A stretch of 64,000 nt of DNA from Rickettsiales bacterium (GTDB lineage Bacteria > Pseudomonadota > Alphaproteobacteria > Rickettsiales > SXRF01): contig JAJTHB010000018.1 in assembly GCA_021299465.1 (NCBI GenBank), forward strand, positions 23,990 through 87,989, written 5' to 3'. Within the stretch, counting starts at the first letter, position 1. Every line of letters starts with the position of its first letter. The notes under the pieces were generated by a model that ran no database searches, was not told where the DNA came from, and worked only from the letters and a program-made list of their open reading frames with translations. Of this stretch, positions 10,482 through 19,950 are shown in pieces. A program made the translations under genes and the position numbers.

Positions 10482-10599
10482 GCTTCCTGAAGCTGGAGAA
10501 CTTGCTTGCGAGGCTGTGCTTCCGGTGCTCACGTACTTCAATATGTACGCTGCGCGCCGGTTCTCGCCTCACTTCGCATTTCCCTCAGCTTGAGGAAGC
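10482..10599. repeat. 118-bp MITE-like palindromic element, possibly a diverged member of the same family
   Basis: 14-bp terminal inverted repeats GCTTCCTGAAGCTG / CAGCTTGAGGAAGC match at 13 of 14. The inner CTTGCTTGCGA, GTACTTCAATATGTAC and CGCGCGC echo copies A and C. It starts 3 nt after the hppD stop. Confidence 0.6.
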
Positions 10600-10612
10600 T
10601 TAGTGCAATATA

Positions 10613-11317
10613 TTAGTTGAGCGAGAGGTTGGTTGCAGCCTGTCGGCTTTGTGCAAGCCGCTCTACAAAACTGCCGCCGCGCATCGTTTTGCCAACCATT
10701 TCGACCATGGAGCGCTGCAGCTCGGGCGTGTCGAAATTATCTGCGATGCTTGCTGCGAATTCAGCAGGAACTTGTAGCTGCTCCACTTGCTGCAGCACAG
10801 GATCAGCCAATTTCGACATGCTGTAGGCGACGCGAAGATTGCCTTTGTCCATCTGAAGCTGTGGTAATTTCCTGAAATCGACCTTGCCGCTTTTAACTTC
10901 CTTGAATACGCGCGCGGCATCCAGCGGATCCGTGTGGCCGTGCGCCATATTTTTATAGGCGGCGATGATGCGCACATCGTTAGCCGAGTATCCATCAGCT
11001 TCGCGCAGGATTTGCGCCGCGACCATGCCCGGGCCGGTGCCGACTGAGTTGGTATGTTTCGCGTGGTCCAGCCGGTGGTGGCCATCGGCGACATAGAGCG
11101 TGCCATCATTTCGTTCATGCAGCAGCAGTGGGTCGCCGTCAAGAATCGGATCCCAGCGCTCGCGGCGAATGCGATGCGCCTCAGTCACCCCGTTGACATC
11201 GCCATGCCCGCGGAATTGATAGGTGGCTGCATCGGTCCTGATTAAATCAGGATCGACCATCACTAGCGAGAGCTTGCTTAGTGTTTGCCGCGGTTGCTGA
11301 GAAACGAAAGTAACCAT
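10613..11317 (-). CDS. ParB/sulfiredoxin-like N-terminal domain protein
   Basis: TLYVADGHHRLDHAK contains the DGHHR signature of ParB-like nuclease domains. The remainder was not recognised. Confidence 0.55.
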   Translation of the reverse strand: MVTFVSQQPRQTLSKLSLVMVDPDLIRTDAATYQFRGHGDVNGVTEAHRIRRERWDPILDGDPLLLHERNDGTLYVADGHHRLDHAKHTNSVGTGPGMVAAQILREADGYSANDVRIIAAYKNMAHGHTDPLDAARVFKEVKSGKVDFRKLPQLQMDKGNLRVAYSMSKLADPVLQQVEQLQVPAEFAASIADNFDTPELQRSMVEMVGKTMRGGSFVERLAQSRQAATNLSLN

Positions 11318-11501
11318 TGGGAAATTTTACCCGTTTCACTTGATGGTGAGTAGAGCAGAAATATGAAATTTTCATGACAAAATCACATAAAGCCGTTTTT
11401 TTGATCATACTGATTTTTCAGTATTAATAGAAAATAAACCAAAGGCTGTTATTAATTTTAGTATCCTTCACTCTCAATCATCAAGAAAATCAGGAAGACT
11501 T

Positions 11502-12104
11502 ATGGCCATACCACAGAATGTTCGCGCTAGTGACCGTCCGGAACTCAGCAATCCTGCTGGCGATGACTTCGTTGTTCGTCGTCGTTTCCCATCGGTTCGC
11601 CAAATGGCGCAGATTTGTCTGGCCGCTGTCATTGTGGTATTTGGTGTCGTGATTCTGGTTCGCAATGACACATTGGTAGGATCATTGATTTGCGTACTCG
11701 TGGGGAGCATCATGCTTCATCTTGGCCGCAATATCGAAAAGCAGCAGAAAGTCATTAATGCTACGGAGTATATGAACGCACTGTTTTCCTCGGCGCTTTG
11801 CAAGGGCTATAAATTCTGTTTTGTTGCGCGCAAGGATGGCGCCATTGTTTATCTTGATCGCGGTTTTCAGGAAGTGTTTCCTGATTTTATGGAGCAGCCC
11901 AGACGCGAGCTATCCGCGCTCAGCGAGGTTTACAACCTGAGCAGTGATGTTTCCTCAAAGCTCACTGAAATCGTGACCGCGGGAAGCGATGGCCAGCTGC
12001 TGCTGACCGCTGCGACAGGCGCTAACAAAATCAGCCAGACGATGAATGTGACGTGCGAGACAATCACTCGTCCTAAAGGTTATGTATTAGTGCGTGGCAA
12101 GTAG
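11502..12104 (+). CDS. hypothetical membrane protein with PAS-like C-terminal region
   Basis: There are two hydrophobic helices (ICLAAVIVVFGVVILV and GSLICVLVGSIML). FCFVARKDGAIVYLDRGFQEVF then resembles a PAS core. Confidence 0.4.
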   Translation: MAIPQNVRASDRPELSNPAGDDFVVRRRFPSVRQMAQICLAAVIVVFGVVILVRNDTLVGSLICVLVGSIMLHLGRNIEKQQKVINATEYMNALFSSALCKGYKFCFVARKDGAIVYLDRGFQEVFPDFMEQPRRELSALSEVYNLSSDVSSKLTEIVTAGSDGQLLLTAATGANKISQTMNVTCETITRPKGYVLVRGK

Positions 12105-12107
12105 CGC

Positions 12108-12353
12108 TTAAGCAGCTGTTTTTTTAATCATTGAAAATAATTCGTCTTGAATTTTAAGGCGTTGCTTCTTGAACTTCTTCGCCAGAAAATCCGATAACTT
12201 GTCGATTTCCTGCTCGATGCGGTGCACCTGCTTGCAAACGGTCTCGTATTCATCAAACAAATGGGCAAAATGTGTGTTGTTCATCTTCAGCGAGTAAATT
12301 TGCTTTTTGAATTCAGGAAATTCCTGAAGCAGTGAATAAGATTCGTTGAACAT
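12108..12353 (-). CDS. DUF465 (YdcH-like) family protein
   Basis: FPEFKKQIYSLKMNNTHFAHLFDEYETVCKQVHRIEQ ... KKQRLKIQDELFSMI fits the YdcH/DUF465 pattern. The start was set at MFNESY. Confidence 0.6.
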   Translation of the reverse strand: MFNESYSLLQEFPEFKKQIYSLKMNNTHFAHLFDEYETVCKQVHRIEQEIDKLSDFLAKKFKKQRLKIQDELFSMIKKTAA

Positions 12354-12418
12354 GAGAGACTCCTTCTTGCTGGCTCTCGATACCTTAGCAGCAACAATCA
12401 TCAAAGCCTTGATTCGTA

Positions 12419-13189
12419 TCAAGCGCCAGCAAAAGCAGGGTGAGAGGCAATTTTCCCATAAGCTTCAAAATGTTCGGGCGTGCGGTTTTCACCGGCTTTG
12501 CAAATGGCCTCTTGCATGGGAACTGTTCCCAGAAGCGGCACGTTCAGCTCGTGCGCCATCTTTGCGCCGCCGCCGCAGCCGAAGATACTGCCGCTCATAT
12601 TCTCAATCACACCAAGAACCGGCACATGCACTTTCATGAACATCTGCGCGCATTTTCGGGCATCAATGAGCGCGACTTCCTGCGGCGTGGTGACGATGAT
12701 CGCGCCCGAGAGCGGCACCTGCTGCGCCATGCTTAAATGAATGTCGCCGGTGCCGGGCGGCATGTCGACGAGCAGGATATCCAGCGGCGCGTCTTTCGTG
12801 CCCCACCTTGTCATGCGCAGGAGTTGGTTCAGCGCCTTAGTGATCATCGGGCCGCGTAAGACCGCCGCCTGATCGCCGATGATAAAGCCCATGGAATTGC
12901 AAACAATGCCGTGGCTGGTGAGCGGAATCATTTGTTCCTTGAATTCCGGCTGGCCGGAAAGCCCCATCAAATGCGGAATGGAAGGCCCGTAAATATCGGC
13001 ATCTAGAATTCCGACGCGCTTGCCTGCTGCTGTGAGCGCAACAGCGAGATTAACAGCCGTCGTCGATTTACCGACACCGCCTTTGCCAGAGGCAACCGCG
13101 ATGACCTTCTTCACATAAGGCAGCGGCTCACGAACCCACATCGCTGGTTTTTTAAGCGGCGTTTCATCCTGAATAATATTTGTTGGCAT
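12419..13189 (-). CDS. apbC: Mrp/ApbC family Fe-S cluster carrier ATPase
   Basis: Carries the deviant Walker A VIAVASGKGGVGKSTTAVNLA and the CGGG(A) cluster-binding region. The start is at MPTNIIQ. Confidence 0.9.
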   Translation of the reverse strand: MPTNIIQDETPLKKPAMWVREPLPYVKKVIAVASGKGGVGKSTTAVNLAVALTAAGKRVGILDADIYGPSIPHLMGLSGQPEFKEQMIPLTSHGIVCNSMGFIIGDQAAVLRGPMITKALNQLLRMTRWGTKDAPLDILLVDMPPGTGDIHLSMAQQVPLSGAIIVTTPQEVALIDARKCAQMFMKVHVPVLGVIENMSGSIFGCGGGAKMAHELNVPLLGTVPMQEAICKAGENRTPEHFEAYGKIASHPAFAGA

Positions 13190-13277
13190 AGTCTTGCATT
13201 CCTTTGGGTTACGAATATATAGTGGCGGCACAAATAAATACCAGCCCTGCCATTTGGCAAGGTTACATGGAGGATAC

Positions 13278-14402
13278 ATGGCGTGGGATAATCAGGGTCC
13301 GTGGGGCAAACCAAGTGGCGGCGGCATGGGCGGTGGCCCGCGCCGGCCTACAGGTGGTGGTGGAGGCGGTAAGCCGCAAGGCCCCGATCTGGATGAACTG
13401 CTTCGCAAAAGCCGCGAGCAATGGAAAACCATGTTCCCGCAGGACGGCAATGGTGGTGCGAAAGGTCTGGTGCTGCTGCTGATCATTGTGGTGCTGCTTT
13501 GGCTGTCGTCCGGCGTGTATTTTGTGAAGGCTGATGAGCAGGGCGTTGTGCTGCGTTTTGGTGAATATCACCGTACCACCGGATCAGGCCTTAATTACCA
13601 CATGCCGTATCCATTTGAATCAGCGCTGATGCCGAAAGTCACCGCGGTGAACCGTGTGGAAGTTGGTTACCGTTCTGGTTCTGCGCGTGCCAACCGTGAG
13701 AATACGGCGGTGCCAGAGGAAAGCCTGATGGTGACCGGCGACGAGAACATCGTCGATATCAATTTCGAGGTGCAGTGGAAAATTCGTGAAGCGCCGGACT
13801 TCCTGTTTAATATCCGTAACCCCGAAGATACCGTGAAAGCCGTTTCTGAAAGCGCGATGCGCGAGGTGATCGGCCAGAGCAAAATCGCTACCGTGCTCAC
13901 CGCCGGCCGCGAAGATGTGGCGATAGAAACCAAACTACTGATCCAATCGACGCTGGATGAATATAAGGCCGGGATTGAAATCATCGCGGTCAACCTGCGG
14001 GATGTGAACCCGCCGGATCAGGTGATCGCTGCGTTCCGCGATGTGCAGTCGGCGCGCCTCGATATGGAAACATCGCGCAACCAGGCCGAAGCCTATCGTA
14101 ACGACATTCTTCCCAAAGCGCGCGGCGCCGCCCAGCAGATGATTTTGGAAGCGGAAGCCTATAAGCAGGAAGTGATCGCACGCGCGCAAGGGGAAGCATC
14201 GCGCTTCGCCGCTGTGTATGAAGAATACCGTCTGGCGCGCGATGTCACCAAGCAGCGTATTTACCTTGAGACGATGGAAGATATTTTATCGGGCATGAAC
14301 AAGGTGATTATCGATGAAAAGGGCTCCGGCGGTGTCGTGCCATATTTGCCGCTTGATTCGCTTAAAGCCAGACAGCCAGCAACTCAGGAGGCAAAGCCAT
14401 GA
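13278..14402 (+). CDS. hflK: FtsH protease modulator HflK
   Basis: Gly-rich N-terminus followed by an SPFH/band-7 domain. Its end overlaps the hflC start. Confidence 0.9.
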   Translation: MAWDNQGPWGKPSGGGMGGGPRRPTGGGGGGKPQGPDLDELLRKSREQWKTMFPQDGNGGAKGLVLLLIIVVLLWLSSGVYFVKADEQGVVLRFGEYHRTTGSGLNYHMPYPFESALMPKVTAVNRVEVGYRSGSARANRENTAVPEESLMVTGDENIVDINFEVQWKIREAPDFLFNIRNPEDTVKAVSESAMREVIGQSKIATVLTAGREDVAIETKLLIQSTLDEYKAGIEIIAVNLRDVNPPDQVIAAFRDVQSARLDMETSRNQAEAYRNDILPKARGAAQQMILEAEAYKQEVIARAQGEASRFAAVYEEYRLARDVTKQRIYLETMEDILSGMNKVIIDEKGSGGVVPYLPLDSLKARQPATQEAKP

Positions 14403-15316
14403 AGTGGTTAAGTGTCGCAATTATTGCTTTTTTTGTTGGCCTATTTATTCTGTTTAATTCCATTTTTGTGGTGAAACAAACAGAGCAGGCATTGGTCCTG
14501 CAATTTGGAAAACCGATACGAGTGGAGCGCGATCCCGGCCTCGAATTCAAGGTGCCGTTCATCCAGAATGTCGAGTTTTACGATCGCCGCCTGCTGGATT
14601 TTGATGCCGAGCCCAAAGAGGTAACCGCCTCCGACCAGAAACGCCTGCTTGTCGATGCGTTCGTGCGCTACCGTATCACTGATCCATTGCTATTTAAGCA
14701 AACAGTCGGCAGCGAAATCAATATGCGCAGCCGCCTGAATTCTATTCTGGAAGCAAGCCTTCGTCAGGTGATTGGCCGTGTGCCGCTGCTGGATGTCATT
14801 TCCGAAGAACGCGACGATATCATGGAGCGCATCCGTGTGCTGGTGAATGCACAGGCTTCCGGCGCACAGCTTGATGCTGAGGGTAATCTGATCAAAGGTC
14901 AGTCCCGCGGCTTTGGTGTAGATGTGGTTGATGTGCGCATCATGCGCGCTGACCTGCCGAAGGATAACGCAGAAAGAATCTACACTCGCATGCAGACCGA
15001 GCGTGAGCGTGAAGCCAAGGAATTCCGAGCGAAAGGTTCTGAAGATGCACAAAAAATCCGCTCTCAGGCGGATAAAGAGCGCACGATTCTGATCGCGGAG
15101 GCGAAAAAAACCGCCGAGATCACGCGCGGTCAGGGCGATTCGCAGGCAACCAAAATTTTTGCCGAGTCGTTTGGCAAGGATGAAGAGTTTTTCAAATTCT
15201 ACCGTACCATGCAGGCTTATCGCAAAACGCTGGGCAAAGATGACACCACCATGGTGCTATCGCCCGATAGCGACTTCTTGAAATACATTGAGCGTGGATC
15301 ACGCGCAGGAAATTAA
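14399..15316 (+). CDS. hflC: FtsH protease modulator HflC
   Basis: SPFH domain with an N-terminal TM helix, translationally coupled to hflK. Confidence 0.9.
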   Translation: MKWLSVAIIAFFVGLFILFNSIFVVKQTEQALVLQFGKPIRVERDPGLEFKVPFIQNVEFYDRRLLDFDAEPKEVTASDQKRLLVDAFVRYRITDPLLFKQTVGSEINMRSRLNSILEASLRQVIGRVPLLDVISEERDDIMERIRVLVNAQASGAQLDAEGNLIKGQSRGFGVDVVDVRIMRADLPKDNAERIYTRMQTEREREAKEFRAKGSEDAQKIRSQADKERTILIAEAKKTAEITRGQGDSQATKIFAESFGKDEEFFKFYRTMQAYRKTLGKDDTTMVLSPDSDFLKYIERGSRAGN

Positions 15317-15394
15317 GTTATTGAAAAACAATGAAAATTAATGGTGTTGTGTTTAATTATTTAACAAAACCGTCACATTAATTTTGTTCGTTGC

Positions 15395-15429
15395 TGGTAT
15401 AATCACTGTAGGCTTTCAAGATTCTTGAA
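15395..15429 (+). promoter_or_regulatory. extended -10 promoter plus palindromic operator candidate upstream of the six-HTH gene
   Basis: TGgTATAAT lies at 15395-15403. The perfect palindrome TTCAAGA-T-TCTTGAA lies at 15415-15429. Confidence 0.45.
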
Positions 15430-15459
15430 TGCGCCGTTTTGTGATTATTTGGCGGACTT

Positions 15460-17055
15460 ATGTCGGTTATCAGTAGCCATCAAAGAGCTAGCGATCAGGT
15501 GCTTTCGCCCAATAAAAAATTGGCCGAGACCCTGAAGAGATGCATAAATCCATCGCCAGCAGATTACCAAAAAATTGCAAACGAGCTAGGTATTGAAGAA
15601 GCAAAAGTGCGCGGGTTTTTCCTTGGTTACCAAACGCCCACGACGGATAATGTCAACAAGCTCGCCCGATCTTACCAGATAAGTTTTGATGATCAGGAGG
15701 CACTTTTTCGTATTTCGCTGAACCTGAATTCTGACCAGCCGCTTCCGGATGAAGTCTTGGGGCTTTGGCTAAAGCAGTTCAGAGAGCAGCGGCAAATCAA
15801 GCAAACCGATCTGCACAAGAAAGCCGGGATCAAACAGGTGACGATATCTGCATGGGAGTCTGGCAGAAATCCGATTAAACCGTCGATGATACCGATCCTG
15901 GCTGAGGCGATTGGTCTAACCCAGGAAGAGTACCAGTTGCTTTTGAGGCATCGCTTGCCAGCCCTAAACGAAAACTGGCTCGATACCGCAATAGAAAGCC
16001 CTGAGCAACGCTTTGGCCTGCTCTATGATGCTTACAGAGAGCTTGCTGGTTGCAAAGTTGATGAAGTTGCGCAGGCTCTTGGTAAGAGCAACGCATGGCA
16101 TGTCATCGATGTTGCAAAAGGGAGATCTTCTTTTTCTACCGAAGAAGCAAAAAAAGTAGAAACTCTTTTTGAGCAAGCAAACCATTCACTGCCACCACAA
16201 TATCGCTGGTTTGATAAGGAGCGGTTCGAACAGCTACACAAGCCACTTACAACAAAACGGCAATACCTGAATGCACATGATTCAGCGAAGCAGGCCGGAG
16301 AGCTATTAAGGCACATAAGGGATGAAAAAAAACTCTCCCAGGCCAAATTGGCTGAAATGATTGGCGAGAGTAGCGGTTCGATTGGCGATTGGGAAACAGG
16401 GCGCAATTTGCTGCCGCCTCGCTTGCTTGGTAAGCTTCGTGATGCTCTTGACTTATCTGAGGTTGATTACAGGCAGCTTCGTGACACCAGGCTACCTGTG
16501 CTTAACCCAGACTACAGGCTGAAAAATCCGATGCGGGAACATGGCGGCGAGGCGATTGCTGCGCTGCGCGACATGCGCGGTCTCAGTCTGCAGCAGCTCG
16601 CCAGCCAGATATCTCTGGATGTCAATGTGCTTGGCCGCATGGAACATGGCCGGGCTGCAATCGGAGCAAAAGATCTCATGGCTATCCACGCTACACTTAA
16701 GCCGGATTCTGAGGAATCAAAGCAGCTGATTTACTCAGTTTTTCCTGCTCTTGATAATGCATGGCTGAGCCAGAAACTACCGCAGCAACGCTTTGGACAT
16801 AAAGTGGTTGGGCTAAGAAGCTGGTGCGGCCTGACACAAGAACAGCTTGAGGATAAATTACAGATGCCACCACGCGCGATTTCAGAAATAGAAATTGCAA
16901 CACGTGCGCCGTCTGATGATGAAGTGAGTAAAATAACTAGTTTTTTTGACGAGCATATCTCGCGGGCTCATAAAATACTGATTGGTTACAACTCAGCAGA
17001 TCTTCATAAGTTGTCAGGCAGTAATGTGCCAAAGCCATCAATGCGTAAAGCCTAA
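15460..17055 (+). CDS. protein built of about six tandem XRE-type helix-turn-helix modules
   Basis: HTH modules recur, e.g. REQRQIKQTDLHKKAGIKQVTISAWESGRNPI, RDEKKLSQAKLAEMIGESSGSIGDWETGRNLL, RDMRGLSLQQLASQISLDVNVLGRMEHGRAAI and RSWCGLTQEQLEDKLQMPPRAISEIEIATRAP. The linkers RLPALN..WL and QRFG also recur. Confidence 0.6.
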   Translation: MSVISSHQRASDQVLSPNKKLAETLKRCINPSPADYQKIANELGIEEAKVRGFFLGYQTPTTDNVNKLARSYQISFDDQEALFRISLNLNSDQPLPDEVLGLWLKQFREQRQIKQTDLHKKAGIKQVTISAWESGRNPIKPSMIPILAEAIGLTQEEYQLLLRHRLPALNENWLDTAIESPEQRFGLLYDAYRELAGCKVDEVAQALGKSNAWHVIDVAKGRSSFSTEEAKKVETLFEQANHSLPPQYRWFDKERFEQLHKPLTTKRQYLNAHDSAKQAGELLRHIRDEKKLSQAKLAEMIGESSGSIGDWETGRNLLPPRLLGKLRDALDLSEVDYRQLRDTRLPVLNPDYRLKNPMREHGGEAIAALRDMRGLSLQQLASQISLDVNVLGRMEHGRAAIGAKDLMAIHATLKPDSEESKQLIYSVFPALDNAWLSQKLPQQRFGHKVVGLRSWCGLTQEQLEDKLQMPPRAISEIEIATRAPSDDEVSKITSFFDEHISRAHKILIGYNSADLHKLSGSNVPKPSMRKA

Positions 17056-17117
17056 ACCAAATCTTGAAAAAAGCGCAGATTGCGACTAGCTATGTCTCAT
17101 CTTTGATGAGGCTGTTT

Positions 17118-18527
17118 ATGAAGCGTTTTGTCTCTGCTGTTTTGCTCTCATGGTCACTCACTTTTCCCGCTTATGGTCAGGCGCAAGCTACTGTGCCGCA
17201 GGCTGGCTTTGCAGATCTGGTGGAAAAGCTTTCGCCGGCGGTGGTGAATATTTCCACGACGCAGAAGGTGAAAAACCCGCCGATCATGTTCGGCATGCCG
17301 TTTGAGGGGCTGCCGAATACGCCGGAGATGGAGCCGTTTCGCGAATTCTTTGATCGTTTCGGGCAAGGCATGAAGCAGGCGCCGGAGCGTGAGGCAACTT
17401 CGCTAGGCAGCGGGTTTGTGATTGACCCTAAAGGCTATGTCATCACCAACAATCATGTGATTGAGCAGGCCGATGAAATCACGGTGATTTTCTCCGATAA
17501 CTCTAAATATAAAGCGACCATCGTTGGCGGCGATAAGAAAACCGATCTTGCCCTGCTTAAAATTGAAACGAAAAAAGACCTGCCTTTTGTGACGATGGGC
17601 GATTCGGACAGCGCGCGCGTCGGCGACTGGGTGATTGCGATCGGCAACCCGTTTGGCCTTGGTGGTTCGGTCACGCAGGGTATTATTTCGGCAAGGCAGC
17701 GTTCGATCAATGCCGGCCCGTTTGACGATTTCTTGCAGACCGACGCGCCGATCAACCGCGGCAATTCAGGCGGCCCGCTGTTTAACATTAAGGGCGAAGT
17801 GATTGGCATTAATACGGCGATTTTCTCGCCGTCCGGCGGATCGGTCGGCATCGGCTTTGCCATTCCTACCGCGCTTGCAAAACCGGTGATCGACCAGCTG
17901 AAAACCAGCGGCAAAGTGACGCGTGGCTGGCTGGGTGTGAAGATTCAGGAGGTTTCGGAAGAGATCGCTGACAGCGTTGGCCTCGAAAAGCCAATGGGTG
18001 CACTGGTTCTCGACGTTGCGAAGGATAGCCCTGCCGGTAAGATTGGCATTCAGGCCGGCGATGTGATCACGCATTTTGATGGCAAGGAAGTGAGGGAAAT
18101 GCGAAACCTGCCGCGCCTTGTTGCCGAAGCGCCGATCGGCAAAAAAGTCGAGATCAGTTACTGGCGCAAGGGCAAGGCGATGAGCGGGCAGATTACTGTC
18201 GGCGAGCTGAAAGATGAAGCTGAGAAAGCGGCGGGTGGCAGTAAAGAGCCTTCCGGTGCGGCGGGTGCCGGTGAAGTGATGCTGGGCATGCGCTTGCTGC
18301 AGGAAAATGGTCAATTGATTGTTGCCGGCCTGGAAGCTAATTCCGAAGCGGCCAAGCGTGGCGTGCGCGAGGGCGATGTGATCCGTGAGGTGGGCGGCGA
18401 GAAAGTTGCAACCGTCGCCGCGCTGAAAGAAGCGATGCAGGCAGCCAAAAAGGCTGGCCGCAAATTCGCGCTGGTTCGCATCTCACGCGGTAATGAAGAG
18501 GCGTTTATTACGCTGCCGGTGAATTGA
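17118..18527 (+). CDS. degP: DegP/HtrA periplasmic serine protease with two PDZ domains
   Basis: Catalytic blocks TNNHV, DLALLK and GNSGGPLF are present. The signal peptide is MKRFVSAVLLSWSLTFPAYG. The ORF opens at 17064. Confidence 0.9.
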   Translation: MKRFVSAVLLSWSLTFPAYGQAQATVPQAGFADLVEKLSPAVVNISTTQKVKNPPIMFGMPFEGLPNTPEMEPFREFFDRFGQGMKQAPEREATSLGSGFVIDPKGYVITNNHVIEQADEITVIFSDNSKYKATIVGGDKKTDLALLKIETKKDLPFVTMGDSDSARVGDWVIAIGNPFGLGGSVTQGIISARQRSINAGPFDDFLQTDAPINRGNSGGPLFNIKGEVIGINTAIFSPSGGSVGIGFAIPTALAKPVIDQLKTSGKVTRGWLGVKIQEVSEEIADSVGLEKPMGALVLDVAKDSPAGKIGIQAGDVITHFDGKEVREMRNLPRLVAEAPIGKKVEISYWRKGKAMSGQITVGELKDEAEKAAGGSKEPSGAAGAGEVMLGMRLLQENGQLIVAGLEANSEAAKRGVREGDVIREVGGEKVATVAALKEAMQAAKKAGRKFALVRISRGNEEAFITLPVN

Positions 18528-18529
18528 CT

Positions 18530-19030
18530 CTAAGCTCTCGCTGCGCCTTGAGCTTGTTCTTTGCTGCGCTCTGATTTTAGCGACTCAACAAAGGATTTGC
18601 TTTCGCGAAGCTGAGCGCTTGTGGTTTCCAGTTTTTCCGATAACAGCGCATTTTCAGTGGTGATCTCGTCAAACTGCTTTTTAGCTTCGCTGGCTTTTTT
18701 GGCGCCGCGGAAATAACCAACAATGCTTCCCACCATACTCAGCGCTAGCATGCCACCAACAGCCGCAGCAAATGCTTTTCCGCCGCGACCCAGAGAATGC
18801 CATGCGGGTTTGAGTGCTCCCTCAGCTTTTGCAATTGATTTGATGGTTTCATTATTGGCCAATTTGATAGCATCATGTTTGGCCTGATTATGCAGGGCTG
18901 CGCCAGCAATTGCACCGCCGACACCGCCTATTGCAGTGCCAACAAGGCTATCTACCTGTGACTGGCCAAATGCAGTCACCACTTCGCTTGGGCCTTTATA
19001 TTCCGGTTTTTTGCTATCGGTGGTCGCCAT
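18530..19030 (-). CDS. hypothetical glycine-zipper membrane protein with coiled-coil tail
   Basis: Carries GTAIGGVGGAIAGAA and AAAVGGMLALSMVGSIVG segments and a C-terminal heptad-like region. No family was recognised. Confidence 0.4.
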   Translation of the reverse strand: MATTDSKKPEYKGPSEVVTAFGQSQVDSLVGTAIGGVGGAIAGAALHNQAKHDAIKLANNETIKSIAKAEGALKPAWHSLGRGGKAFAAAVGGMLALSMVGSIVGYFRGAKKASEAKKQFDEITTENALLSEKLETTSAQLRESKSFVESLKSERSKEQAQGAARA

Positions 19031-19098
19031 AATATCCCTCATCATTTAATGTAGGGTCATCATAGCAAAATCAGTCCACTTATAGAAATGTATATATA

Positions 19099-19950
19099 TT
19101 AAGATTTAATGACAATCGCTAAGGCCCGTAAATTATTGTAATCCAACCGACTCTTTGCCTCGGCGCGGACGTTTGGCTTGGCGTGGTAGGCGACCCCTAA
19201 GCCAGCGGCGAGCAGCATGGGCAGGTCGTTCGCGCCATCGCCGATGGCAATAACTTCATCAGGCGTAATGCCAAGCTTAGCGCATCCCTCATTCAGCGCG
19301 GCGAGTTTTGCATGTTTATCAAGGATGGGCGGCAGGACGTTTCCGGTAAGCTTGCCTGCGGCTATTTCAAGCCTGTTGCTGCGCTGTTCATCAAAGCCAA
19401 GTCTCTGTTTGATAAGCTCGGCGTAGAAGCTGAAGCCGCCGGAGACAAGCATGGTATAAATACCCGCGTCTTTTAGGGCTTTCATGAGTTCTATTGCCCC
19501 AGGCATGAGCCGCACGCGCTGGTCATACACCTCCTGCAACGCTGATTCCGGCAGGCCAGCGAGCAGGCTCACGCGTTCTTTCAGTGCGGCTTCGAAATCC
19601 AGCTCGCCGTTCATGGCACGCCGTGTAATGGTTTCAATTTTATCCCTAAGGCCAACATAATCCGCGAGTTCATCCAAGCATTCATTTTCAATGATGGTCG
19701 ATTCCATATCGGCGACGAAGAGTTTGTAGCGGGGGCGCGGGTGGGGCTGGATAATCCAATCACAGGTCATGCCGAGCGTAGCCGAGGCATCTTTAAGATC
19801 CCTCGGCAGGCTCGGGATGACAAGCGCGCAAGCCACGCCTTTCTCCAGCCAGCGGATTTCTTGCGCATCAAGCCTCAGCGCGATACTATCCAGCGCCGTT
19901 TGCGAAAGCGTTTCTTTTTCGGGATTGGCGATAAGGGTTACTGAAAACAT
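19099..19950 (-). CDS. serB: phosphoserine phosphatase SerB
   Basis: HAD motifs are present: ADMESTIIENE (motif I, reading DxE not DxD), VSGG, K...GDGANDL. The start was chosen at MFSVTLIANP. Confidence 0.85.
   Translation of the reverse strand: MFSVTLIANPEKETLSQTALDSIALRLDAQEIRWLEKGVACALVIPSLPRDLKDASATLGMTCDWIIQPHPRPRYKLFVADMESTIIENECLDELADYVGLRDKIETITRRAMNGELDFEAALKERVSLLAGLPESALQEVYDQRVRLMPGAIELMKALKDAGIYTMLVSGGFSFYAELIKQRLGFDEQRSNRLEIAAGKLTGNVLPPILDKHAKLAALNEGCAKLGITPDEVIAIGDGANDLPMLLAAGLGVAYHAKPNVRAEAKSRLDYNNLRALAIVIKS

Noticed and set aside
13248-13259. Palindrome TGCCA-TT-TGGCA in the mrp/hflK divergent region
   Set aside because: It is a single short palindrome. I cannot assign it to a regulator or show recurrence within the window.
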